Below the pieces are notes generated by a model. That model was not told the DNA's origin. It saw only the letters and a program-made list of their open reading frames with translations, and did not search any database. From NCBI GenBank assembly GCA_965235115.1, contig OZ249437.1, positions 34,038,001 through 34,102,000 of the forward strand: 64,000 nt of DNA, given 5' to 3'. Within the stretch, counting starts at the first letter, position 1; the number at the start of each line of letters is the position of its first letter. The DNA is from Laetmonice hystrix. Its lineage: Eukaryota. The translations under genes were made by a program, and so were the position numbers. This document shows, one piece after another, positions 11,701 to 23,236 of this stretch.

Positions 11701-14700
11701 AGAAAGCTGAAACAAAACTGTAGTAGCTAGGCTAAATAAAACTGCGCTCGCCCCTGGGTAGCACCCAAATCATATTAGTTGGGGAGGGGGCCAAGCTTGA
11801 TTGAAGGCATCAGAAACCCTCCACCTCTGGTCAGCCTATGCCTTGACAAGGGCCTCTACTAGTCTATGGGGGCCCGGGGGCTTTACCCTCAAATATTTTT
11901 AAAATAAGGGGCAATTCGAGGCAATTCAAGTGTGGCATTTTGACCGTTGAAAATTTTTTGGGGGCTGAATGATAATCTGGCCCCACTCCTGTATATTGGG
12001 GGGACCCTGTTCCGACACCCCTGGCAAGTAATGGTAAGTGGCACACTGTATACTGTGCCTGTGCCGTGGATAAGTAAAATAATTCATCAAAGTTATTTAA
12101 AGTTCAAAGTTTATACATAGAAATATGGTAGCATATATTTAGCTGGCAACGGAGGAGAATTGGATATTCAGCTATTTAGCCGTAGATAAATAGGGGGTCA
12201 GGAATGCTGCAGACACGTTTTCTGAGCATCTCAAAGCAAAAAATCTCTCCCAAATCTATCAATGATATTCCATCATTTTTATGTGTGATACATAGAAAAT
12301 TGGCATGAGTTTCACACAGAACATTACCCTACTTCCCACTCAATGTATACTTTCGAAAATATTGAACATAAATATCTGTTGAATTAGCTATCCTGTAAAC
12401 TGAGCATTTTCTGTCATGAAAATATCCAGTTTAGAGGTAAAAATTCCTATATTTAAAAAAAAGTTACTCTGCAGGTTGATAGGGGGATATCCCCCCTTGT
12501 CCTAGTTATGCAGGGGATTTATCCTCCCGTCCCCCTCTTTGGCAGAAACACTGTGCTGGTGTGACCAGTTTCAGTTAGATGTACTGCGATTCAACAGTCC
12601 ATAGACCTTATGATGGCCCCCGGTACTGCGGCTGAATGTTGCTACTCAAATAAATTTAGTTGTGTTGGCGAGTCTGAATCTGCCTTTTAACTTTTGAATG
12701 TTGCCAGCCCATTGATCTTTTCTGTGATAAAAGCCCAACATATAGACCCAAAGTATATATCTAGACTGGGGAGGAGAGGGAGGTCAAATCAGAGATGGGT
12801 TGCGGTAAGATTGGGTTGGTGAGATCCTATTTATAGTACCGGTAAATACTGCATACCCTGTCATTACCTACCCTTCCTCCCAGCCTTCAGACCTGGACTG
12901 CTACTGACTAATGGTACTGAGAATATATTACATCTTTTTAATTTGTAGTCATCCATGGCTCTGGACTTTGTCAGGAAAGACTTGGTAGAGTTCTCGTCTA
13001 CCATGCAGACAGATGCCACACAAGCAGCTAGCACTGTCAAAGAGAAACTGACAGTAAGTACAAATGAATATAATTCTTACCAGGGAAAATAAATGAAGAA
13101 GAAATAGGTACTGGCTACAAAAATTAGTCTCTTATGTCACGAAGTTGTATTCAGTATGATGTGGTTTTCAAGTACATAGCAGTGCTACCCCTTTATTTTT
13201 CTTTTTAAAAGTAAATTTGTACTTTTTAAAGAGAAAACTACTTTTTATACTTTTTTCATATTTTTTTCAGGTGCCAATACTATTTTATACAGTTTTTTCT
13301 GCCGAATCAGGTAATTTAATACTCGTCAGACTTAGATGTAAGAATATGAACCATAATTTTCGGTACACCTAATCCATCTTTCTGATTTTGACCTGCAGCA
13401 AGAGACGGCCACCGAGGCAACCAAGAAGATGAAGGAAGGTGTCAGTTCCCTCCTCGGGGGAATCTCGAAGGCACTGACTGTGGAGGCTGAGGACCTCCAC
13501 GCCACCAAGCCTGCCAGTAGCAGTCAGCATGTGTTTGATAGAGCAAAGGTAACTTATAGTCAAGACATTTTGAATCAGTTAAGAAAAAAAAATAGGGGAT
13601 GCGATATGTGAAATCATGGTACTGGCATTCTTCTTTGGTTGTATCTTCCCTCAGTTCCTGGTCCCTCATTGAGAGTTTAGACAAGGTGATCTCTCCGACT
13701 CTCGCCGAACATCTTAATAACAATTTGGTCAAAACACTGTACACCACGGGCATCCTAAAGATTTCTTCAGTTTTCATCACCATGTGTTTTTTAATTGAAG
13801 TTAAGGAGTGTAACATTTCCCTATTACAAATGTATTGCCAGGCTCGGCTACATGCTGTCCAGATTGACCCAGGGACGTATTGTGACAATCCCGACGGGCC
13901 CATCGAGGACTACAACAAGTGGCGGAGCACCTTTCAGTTAGAACAACACAAAGGTGACATCTCGGAACTACTGGTCAGCAATGCCGAGGTTCGGAGCTTG
14001 TACACACAGCTGGTGCCATCGCAGGTGTCCCATTCGGACTACTGGCACAGGTATTTCTACAAGGTTCACCAGTTGGAGCTGGATCAGGCACGCAAGGCGG
14101 CACTCATGAAGCGGGCAGACGTGGGCGTTGATCAGGCAGATCTTGAATGGGATGATGATGGTGAGTTGTAGAGGATATTATATGAGGATATATATAAAAT
14201 CCTGTTTATTCAACAAGCTGAAACAAATCGTAAAAAAATATGTCTATCTTTTGTTGCATATATTTCTTTTTTCCTTTTTAAACTGGACAAATGTACACTG
14301 TATTGAAATTAATACCTGTATGAAAACTTTTCTAAAGCTAGTAAAGTTGCCTTAACTAGACTAAATGATCTACTCACTGTAAGTAACTGTCACTAGAACG
14401 TTCAACCTCTGATATCAGACAAGTATTGCCAGTAGTTTATCAAGTCAGATGTCTAACATGTTGGACAAGTATTACCAGTAGTTTATCAAGTCAGATGTCT
14501 AGCGTATTGGACAAGTATTACCAGTAGTTTATCGAGTCAGATGTCTAGCGTATTGGACAAGTATTACCAGTAGTTTATCAAGTCAGATGTCTAGCATGTT
14601 GGACAAGTATTACCAGTAGTTTATCAAGTCAGATGTCTAACATGTTGGACAAGTATTACCAGTAGTTTATCAAGTCAGATGTCTAGCGTATTGGACAAGT

Positions 14701-16209
14701 ATTACCAGTAGTTTATCAAGTCAGATGTCTAGCGTATTGGACAAGTATTACCAGTAGTTTATCAAGTCAGATGTCTAGAATATCGGACAAGTATTACCAG
14801 TAGTTTATCAAGTCAGATGTCTAGCATGTTGGACAAGTATTACCATTAGTTTATCAAGTCAGATGTCTAGCATGTTGGACAAGTATTACCATTAGTTTAT
14901 CAAGTAAAATGTCTAGCGTATTGGACAAGTATTACCAGTAGTTTATCAAGTCAGATGTCTAGAATATCGGACAAGTATTGCCCATACTTTTATCAAGGCA
15001 GTAGTCCTAATATAGATTTGTAACTAAATATTTAATGTTTGACAGAATGGGGGGACCTGGAGGTTCCACCATCACCAAGCCACCGTGAAACGGAGTCAGA
15101 AACAGCCAAGGACGTCCAACGTGTAACAGTAGACACATCGAGTCCACTACAGCCTGAACTTCGGCAGAGCCAAGTATCTGAGGATAACCCGACCACCGAA
15201 CACTCAGGTCTAATCAATGTGGAGCAAAACTCATGCCACATGGACACAAAAACATCAAATCATTTACCAACTCAAACAGAAACAGACAGTCATTCCGGTA
15301 TGATTCCATTAAAAACGACCCTCGATGTCAGCAGGACTGACAACACCTTGGACTCGGCAGGTATAAAGGAGCAGAACGAGGAATGCACGCCACCACCGCC
15401 ACCTGGCGAGGAGCAGGGGAAGGAAGACGTGGCGCTTACAGCGGTGGAGGATGTGGCGCTTGTAGCGGTGGAGGACGTGGCGCTTACGACGGTGGAGGAA
15501 GGTGGAGCAAAGTCAGAGGACGTGGGAAGGCGGACACCATCCTCCGACTCCTCCAACAGTAAAGGTGACCGATTTATCATAAGTATGAACAGATAATAAT
15601 GGTAATGGATTTTTAACGTTTTCTTTATAATCAGAGGACGTAGTGTCCTCTGGTGGCAATAGGATGTACTATATGGTATACCTTAGTGCCATCTAGTGGT
15701 TCTTTTGATACTCTACTTGTACAGGACTCTTCGTAAGTTGTGCCTATGAGGACTTATGTAACTTTTTCGTTTTTGTTCTCTGTGTTATGCTGATGTTGTA
15801 TATATCTCCACATATATCTCCATTTATTTATGACAGAGTTAAGCAGCATCGATGATGACTGGGAGAAGGACTTTGACATAGAGGTTTCTGAAGAAGATAT
15901 CAGACTAGCTCAAGAAACAGCCAAAAAAATAGTTACAAAAGAAGTCAGACCCGAAGCTGAAGAGGTTAGTTGCAAAATTGAATAGGTTTGACCTTAATAC
16001 TCCACTTTAATCCATAAATTGTGGCAGTATCAATCATTCACCTTTTCTATTAACGGCCAATAACCAATTAATGGTAACATTATTATACGATTGAGATGTT
16101 GTTTAGATTTCTAGCAAAGCGGCTGCTTCCAAATCTACTGGTGTTTTATTCTATCGTTCATATCTAGTGGGTTTTTTTTCAGGATGACGATTGGGAAAAC
16201 TGGGATTGA
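8766..16209 (+). CDS. BSDC1: BSD domain-containing protein 1, spliced CDS join(8766-8779,8882-8933,12949-13053,13399-13548,13842-14160,15046-15564,15837-15964,16183-16209), 1314 nt = 437 aa + stop
   Basis: Manual splicing gives an uninterrupted frame MAEEGTSSESWWGGWLQTAKEK-SSMALDFVRKDL...ARLHAVQIDPGTYCDNPDGP...SHSDYWHRYFYKVHQLELDQARKAAL...DDDWEKDFD...DDDWENWD*. It matches the vertebrate BSDC1 pattern as recalled (N-terminal WW..W, DPATYC.EPDGP, HSEFWHRYFYKVHQLEQEQARR, DWEKDFD). All introns GT-AG, phases consistent. Confidence 0.95.
8882..8933 (+). CDS. BSDC1: BSDC1 coding exon 2 (TSSESWWGGWLQTAKEK)
   Basis: tttcag acceptor, AAG|gtgagc donor, conserved WW..W..AKEK. Confidence 0.9.
12949..13053 (+). 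CDS. BSDC1: BSDC1 coding exon 3 (SSMALDFVRKDL...VKEKLT)
   Basis: ttgtag acceptor, gtaagt donor, resembles SSEALEFMKRDL...VKEKL of BSDC1. Confidence 0.92.
13399..13548 (+). CDS. BSDC1: BSDC1 coding exon 4 (QETATEATKKMKEGVSSLLG...DRAK)
   Basis: ctgcag acceptor, AAG|gtaact donor, resembles ATEKMKKGLSDFLG. Confidence 0.92.
13842..14160 (+). CDS. BSDC1: BSDC1 coding exon 5, BSD domain
   Basis: ARLHAVQIDPGTYC...YWHRYFYKVHQLE; ttgccag acceptor, G|gtgagt donor. Confidence 0.97.
14417..14995. repeat. 46-bp minisatellite in BSDC1 intron 5, about 12.5 copies
   Basis: Unit ggacaagtattaccagtagtttatcaagtcagatgtctagcgtatt. Confidence 0.97.
15046..15564 (+). CDS. BSDC1: BSDC1 coding exon 6, low-complexity acidic region
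   Basis: Open 519-nt exon, phase 1 at both ends, ends TPSSDSSNSK like BSDC1 STPSNNGKKG. Confidence 0.85.
15837..15964 (+). CDS. BSDC1: BSDC1 coding exon 7 (ELSSIDDDWEKDFDIEVSEEDI...)
   Basis: Conserved DWEKDFD motif; tgacag acceptor, GAG|gttagt donor. Confidence 0.92.
16183..16209 (+). CDS. BSDC1: BSDC1 terminal coding exon (DDDWENWD*)
   Basis: Poly-T + cag acceptor, in-frame TGA at 16207-16209. Confidence 0.85.
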   Translation, partial: DDDWENWD

Positions 16210-16711
16210 GACGAATCTGAGATAGAACAACATTTTCAAAGAGGTTGAGAAGCTCCACTTTTTAATCTAGAGAAGTTTCAACTCAGGCCTACAGCGACAA
16301 CCGTTCATTGGCAATTTGATGGCATTTTATAAATGATATATTCATGCTATTGCTTCAGGTTTATATACGTATTCGAGGAGTAATTTGATGATACGACTGA
16401 ACTAAATCAATGTGATATACTGTAAGAATATGATCACTGTTGACAGTAAAGACACGGACAATTGATCTGGGAACATGTTGTGGTTACAAACTTGAGAATG
16501 AGGGAATGGATGGGGAGGGGGGGGGGGGGTAAAATAATGGATAGAACAGTCTGCAAAAAAAGGGTTAATGTAAATTTGGAAACGGTTGGAACTAGTATTC
16601 GTGTGGTTATCAATCTGCTGAGTTTAAACAGAAGAATTGAGAGGTTGTTCGGTTGACCTGCGATCATAGTTCTGCACGCAGGATAGAGGTTCAGAATATC
16701 GGTGTAATTTA

Positions 16712-16811
16712 GCAGGTCGGAACATCATCCTGGGTGAGTCGATTATTGAATAAAAGAAGATGCAGGTCGGAACATCATCCTGGCTGAGTCGATTATTGAA
16801 TAAAAGAAGAT
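16712..16811. repeat. 50-bp tandem duplication downstream of the BSDC1 stop
   Basis: gcaggtcggaacatcatcctgg.tgagtcgattattgaataaaagaagat x2, each copy with an AATAAA. Confidence 0.9.
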
Positions 16812-19173
16812 AGGCACCTGATACATGTATAAGGAACCACATAATACTAATCTGAACATATGTATGGCTTTATGGAGAATTGAAGGCGAGTAGTGTGTAT
16901 AATCTATAGAGGAATTCTATCAAACTTGTCTAATGAGCTCCAGTTACAAAGAGTTATGTTCGTATGGTCGGCTGACACTTTAGTCTACGATGGCCCGACA
17001 GCCGTTTCTATATTCCCTCGTTCTCCCATTTCACCCTTCTCTTCGAGGCATGAGGAACAGAATGGACGATGGCCCCAGAGGACTATTGCCCTGGAGGACA
17101 ATATTATTGTCCTATAGCACTGACGGATTCTGTATCTTGTCCTTTTCTTTCTCGTCACAAACATCAACTATGGACAAGTATGACAACTTAGGATGTCGAC
17201 GGAGCATACACAAACACTCGCCAGGCTTTCTTTACCAACGGGCTGAAGGAACTTTAAATTTGGAAGAAGGTTGTGTAGTACGCTATGGGGCTATATGGTT
17301 TAACAGCTGGGTCTGCCGTGTATTTATGGGACATAAAAGCATGTTTGTGATTGCCTTACATTCGGGTGTCGCACTCTCAGTTAGGAGAAGTCTGAAGTCT
17401 CTGTGCTGTCGTCGATACTAGATTTAAAATGGAAGACTACTCGAAGAAACTATATTACTAAAGCATATCCGTGACAGCAGGTCATTCTAGGCCATTGAAT
17501 TACTGATTGAGTTTCTCGACGATAAGCTGCGAAGAATGTGACGAGAAGATTTCTAAGAATGTGTTGGTTGTTATAACTTATTTCCAAGGGATTAGATCTT
17601 TGTTAAACATTGTTTTTCATATTCATTCACATGTAATGTATGTTTGAAATTACCAACATTATGATAACATTACTACCGGTAGTTCAGTATCAAAAGGTAT
17701 TTGTTAGAAACTTTTATATACCGGTACATGTACAATGTATATTAAATTCCAATATTTTCCCTCACAACTTATATAAGTATGGCGGTGAAATGGTTTACAT
17801 AATGGTTATGATATGTTAATATCGCATTCGTTATATTTGCTGTATGTATACAGGTCTTAAAGACTTAAAGTTGTAATCTTTGTGATATTTAGCAAACTTC
17901 TTTAGGGTTAAGTATCATGGCTTGTCAGAAGGACCTGACAGTAAGAGTGAAGATTTTAGTCTGGCATATAAACTAGAACAGTACCGCAGACATTTGATTA
18001 TATTGTACTCTTATCTGATTGCTGGCATTACAAGAATACACATGATACTAACTACGGCAGATTTCAGAGTTTACCTTTATTCTAAAAGATTCAGCCAATT
18101 ATAATGTTCCTTCTGGGTAAAATATAACGTTTACTCATACTATTTAATGTCTACAAGGTCAAGCATTCACTGTCTAATTCTGAGAAACGTTGACACACGG
18201 TGAGTTGTTGTGGAGACCATTGATTATCATGTGTTATAGATAATAGCCGGTGTTATGAGGAGGAAACAACACAACGGTCCGTTCAGCGCTCAATTCATAA
18301 CTTTTCCATAACAGGTTTGACGTTGATGTCTTATCCTGGGTCTGATCTGAAGCGAGTGAGTTGAACCATCTCTTCAAAAGGACAAGAAGCTGGAACCGAT
18401 GGAGTAGGACGTGTTTCGTACGTCTGCCTGGGTTATGGTGACCACGCCGACAGCTTCATGTTTGATGTTGACGTTACACAGCGGCAGGCTTGGTACCCGA
18501 TTATATTACAGAGATCCGTAATGAAAAATGTATAAATCACATTATCACCTTTTCGAAAACGTGTAAACAGTAAATCACTTATACACGTGGGCCTCACAGG
18601 ACTGAGGTGTTTGGTTTATGTTCCAGATTAGCTCAATAAATGATGATTGCCGTGATATGATCGAGGTAAAGTGTGACTTCAATAACCAGGGAGGTGCCAG
18701 CGGTGTATTGTCATCCCTCCGGCTACTGTTCATCTAGTACCGGTTTGATTTGCGGGGGCGATTGATTGCATTGGGTTATTTGTTTCAGTAGCCAGTTCTG
18801 TGGTGGCGGAACACCATGCCTCTTCTAATAAATAAACCCCTGTAATTTTCTAGCGCTGGGGTACTTTTATTACTACTAAGAATGTGCCTGCTAGACATAT
18901 TGCAGCTTAAGAAGCTATTTTTCACACTCAAGTTGCTATTTATGTCTCTAGATGCTCATATGATCGAGAGTTTACAGAGGTGCCTTTGGTAAACAAAAAG
19001 AATAACGTAAAAGTTAGAATAGTCGCATCTTGACATTTCGGAAAAATTTGCTTCCACGAAATTAAGTTTTTGGATGATATTTAAATGGACCGTAGCTGGA
19101 TATTCCCCAATTCACTCACTGACGGTTAGTTTTCGTCCTTAGAGTTATGATGAGCGGCATGCAAGACAGTTAA

Positions 19174-19383
19174 CTGGAACAGGGGCAGATCCAAGTTTGC
19201 GCCAAGGGTTGGGAGAGGAGGCGGGAGTGCCAAGAGGGGGGCTGTTGGTGCCAATGGGGGGGGGGGGGGGGGTGTATGTTTGGCTTCAACCTTTCAAGAA
19301 AAAGAAAATAAGAAAAATTACTTCGTAAGGGGAGGGGTTGCAACCCCCGTACCACTGCCCTCTAGATCCGCCACTCTGGAACA
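19174..19383. mobile_element. Small hAT-like MITE with 8-bp target-site duplication
   Basis: CTGGAACA at 19174-19181 and 19376-19383 flank imperfect termini (a)ggggcagatcca / tagatccgccact. Confidence 0.6.
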
Positions 19384-20052
19384 TAGACTTCCAGGTAACC
19401 CGGAATCTCTCCTGGCTACACCCTTGGACTTAGAAACCTTTTTTCACATCTACTTGACTGAACACGATCACTTAATCAGAATGGCCTACTCGCATGGCCT
19501 GGCTGAGTGCTTAAAACCTCAACTACTCGGCTGATTTACAAAATGAGCTTTTATTTTCTTTGCAACCAGCAGAAGTAGTTATTCTTGTTTTCGGACTGGT
19601 CCTTTAAGTGTATACACACGGCGGTTTAGAAGAAGGGACCGATTCTTCACCCAGAAGAGGCCTCCCATGCAGGTTGTCCTTTCGAAAGACATTTTTCTTG
19701 TCAATGTTAACCGTATTTCTAGCCCCTGGATAGATTTACAGGAAAGCTGGAGTTGCAGCTTCTATAAATAAGGTTATATCTAATACCTGGTGATACTCAA
19801 CCCTTGATCCTGTCTTAATAAACTTCTGAAATCATTAACATCAATTCAATAATCAGCCTCCCGCTGAGGAAGTATCAAGTATATGCATACCAACTCGGTC
19901 AAGGCCAGTATCCCTGCCGTGAACCGTCGGTGAAAGGAAAGATTAGGTTTTAAATTGGGAACTTACAGACTGAAGTGAGCTTCTCCTTGTCCAGATTCCG
20001 CCGGAGCTGTTAGACTCGCATTCTTTGGCGACCAGAGAGCTGCCTCGAGGTG

Positions 20053-21098
20053 TATGGGATGCCGTGGGTACTTTTATTCAGCAATTTAGACTATGTTTGC
20101 CAAATAGTTGTCAAATATTTGATATCTTCAAATATTTTAAGATATCGTCAATCCTTTTGAAGATATCTATAATTATTTACAGATATATGGAAATATTTAA
20201 AAAATTATCTCCAAAATTTACTGATAATATAATTGAAGATATCAGTAGTTACATTGCAGATATCAGTCGGCATATTTTCTATATTATATTAATTGTTTTA
20301 GGGATAGCCTATCTGCAATTTAAGGTATACGTTTAAAGTGATATTCGAACATATCCTTAATTCTATTAAAGATATCTATAGGCCTTTAAGAAAAGAATTA
20401 CAGATATCTATCTGCAAATGAATATTGAAGATATCTTTAATTCGAAACAGAGATATCTACAATTCATAGAAATAATGACTGCTCCCTTCGCGAGAGTCAG
20501 TGTGTGTTTCTGCCAATCGCAACATCTCGGCCCTTTCCGTATACGCAAATTTCTCAACCGGAAATGGTCTAAAAGTTTCTTCAACTTTCTTGCAACTGCT
20601 TTATTGTAAATAACAGACCACCATAAAATTATCTTGTCAACAGAACTTTCGGTTCTCGTTAACAACCAGACCTGTCTGTGACGTGTGCGTACGACCCGTC
20701 AAGAGTCAGTTTGGGCAAATTCCATAGGCGTTCAGAACGGGTTTGACGCGTCCGCTGATTCCGATTTCTGTGGATTAGCCGTTGCCAAATCACAGATTTT
20801 AAAACCACTTAGGCCTAGGCCTACTCGGGGAATCACTGAAAATGCTAGAGCCTATCTGATGCACCCACATTCTTCGTTGTTTTCTCTTTCTCAGGTGTAG
20901 GAGAGCCAAGAGTTCAATGCCATCGTCGGAACTATGCCCCTCTAAAGTCTGATCCCTCCAGATTTATGTAGGCCCAGGCCTAGAATTAAAGATAGGCCGA
21001 TATATCTGTAATAAAATTGAAGAGATCTCCAAAACAATTAGGCATACATTTGTAAATATTTGAGGATATCGGAATAACAGTACCAACGGCTTCCCATA
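20053..21098. mobile_element. Non-autonomous TIR DNA transposon, about 1.05 kb, interior rich in GATATC
   Basis: About 27-bp imperfect TIR: tatgggatgccgtgggtacttttattc vs gaataacagtaccaacggcttcccata. Confidence 0.7.
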
Positions 21099-22789
21099 GT
21101 ATTGAGCACGCAGTATGCCTATGTTTCACGACGTTACGTTTGCCCATCCAACTATTAACACTGTGAATCGAGATAAGTCCACCATTTAAATTGATCCCAT
21201 ATCCAACTTATAGGAGGGAGAGATATCAATTTAGAGGGATGTTGCCCTGGATGACTTCGGGTATGGTCAAAGGAAATTTATGAAAAGAATTTTATGAGCA
21301 ATACGTTTGTACATAAATGACATTCCCCATTTCCCCCATGAACATGATTTCCCAACAGAAGAACCGCCATTCGTATATAAGCTTATAGTATAACTAACGT
21401 TTTTTTTATAAATATAACGGGTTCGATTGGGGGCAATGACGGTTTATACCACCCAGGAACTTGGGTGTTTTTTAAGGCTATTTTTCTTGCTCCTCTTGCT
21501 TTTATGTTTTGCTGCAACTTAACCACATAATAACCTCGCCAGTGTGGACCCCTAACCCAACCCAACAAGTGTGGAACGTGCAGGTTAGAGTGCCGCCTCC
21601 GATAAAGGAAAGCCCCATCTTCATGCCATGGCGTCGGCGCCAAGTGGAACACTGAGTTGTCGTAGCAGAGCTCTACCACCTGGAACTGAGAAAACATGTA
21701 TATATACTCAGCACTTGGCACATTAAAACAATTATAAAAACACCCCCTCTCCGGTTTGGTCCATTACCTGAAAGGCAATATAAGACCATTGTCCGGCCCT
21801 TAAATACAACAGCAGTAATATAAATATCTATAGCCTAAATACGCACGGAATAGAGCACGAAACGATCCAACAATATGAAAGTGTAAAGGTAAATATAACA
21901 AAGTCTAAAGGATAGTACCAAGAGCATTGGAATGCCCAGCCCAATATTCTTGATATACTTTAAAGGTCCCTCCGCAGGTCATATACCCTCGGACACGTTA
22001 TGGATTTGTGACGTCACCCCGTGGTTGATGACGTCACAAATTTGACTTATATATGGGAACGTTGTGTAGGCTACCTTTCTGGTTTCAAAGTGTTATAACA
22101 TTTTTTTTTTTTTTGGGGGGGGGGGGATGACATATAGTTTAAATGGTTATCTTCAATGTAAATCTTTCAAGCTCTATATTGTAACCATTTTATATTAGTC
22201 TTTTTTATTTTAATACAATATAATATATTATAATTTATATTATAAATTGAGTGTTGCGAGTGGGCAACATGCCTGATGTTGAAGGTACAATTTCTTTTTT
22301 TAAATTCTCGTTATATTCTCCTTTCGGACCCCCCCCCCCCCCTCTAAATTTAGTTTTCTTGAAGGCCTAAGTCTATATTTAACCCAAAACGTCTAATTTA
22401 TATAAAATAATAGTTCACTCCTTCAAAAAGGTCCACCCCCCACCCCCCCCCCCACCCCCCCACGACCACCCCTTTGGAAGTCCTGGCCACGGGCCTGTCC
22501 TATTAAACACATGTTGTTCGAAATGAAGATTAGCCTTTTATTGCACAATAGTAATCGATGCAAGTTCATACTAGGCGGTGTTGTTTCAATCACAATCTTA
22601 ATTTAATCGTTTTAGTAGATTGGATAAATGCCTCACATGTATTTTAGACCTATCTGATACGTACATATTTCTAAAGCTCTTGAATGACCAATAGATTTCT
22701 TTCATCTTTTTAATTTTATGGATCCTTGTCCTCATCAGCCAGACCTGATTACAAGTGAGGTGAAGCACCACAAACCTTTCCAAGGGCGC

Positions 22790-23048
22790 TGAGTTTCCAG
22801 GGGATTTTTTTTCAAGGAGGGGTCGCTCTGCGCCCCCATCAGTGCCTCGCTGACCGTACATACGACGCTGGGCCGGGCGGCAGTGCTCGGCGGACTCGGA
22901 GAGTCTGCGCCAGTAGGCTTGAGGCGAGAGAGCGAGCGAGCGAGAGAGCGGGCGACGCACGGCACCACGAGCATAAGGTCCGGCGCCGCGCGTCCCAACA
23001 CCACGGAGTTTGACGACGATCGGGCAGTGCTGTGGTAGTAGTAAAAGC
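22790..23048 (+). promoter_or_regulatory. GC/CpG-rich putative promoter and 5'UTR of the cyclase gene
   Basis: Sharp rise in GC and CpG just before the ATG in an AT-rich background; TSS not determined. Confidence 0.45.
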
Positions 23049-23236
23049 ATGGCGCCCTTCCCACGGTGTGTGGCGGCTTGTACGACCGTCTTGGCCGCCC
23101 TGCTCGCCGCCACGGGCATCGTCGGGGTCCGCGCAGCTGATACAGCTGGCACCACGCCCCACTTCAAGGAAATTTTCTTAGGACGTTGCTGGGAGTATCA
23201 GCATATAATCAACCCGACTGCATTCACCGAATCAGG
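23049..23236 (+). CDS. ADP-ribosyl cyclase exon 1 (signal peptide + GTT..F.EIFLGRC)
   Basis: ATG 23049, hydrophobic leader, donor GG|gtaagt (phase 2) matches exon 2. Confidence 0.92.

Noticed and set aside
13599-13841. N-terminal part of ORF 13599-14171
   Set aside because: Intron read-through; BSDC1 homology begins only after the acceptor at 13841
20025-20665. Ile/Lys-rich ORFs in the GATATC-rich tract
   Set aside because: Low-complexity interior of the TIR element 20053-21098
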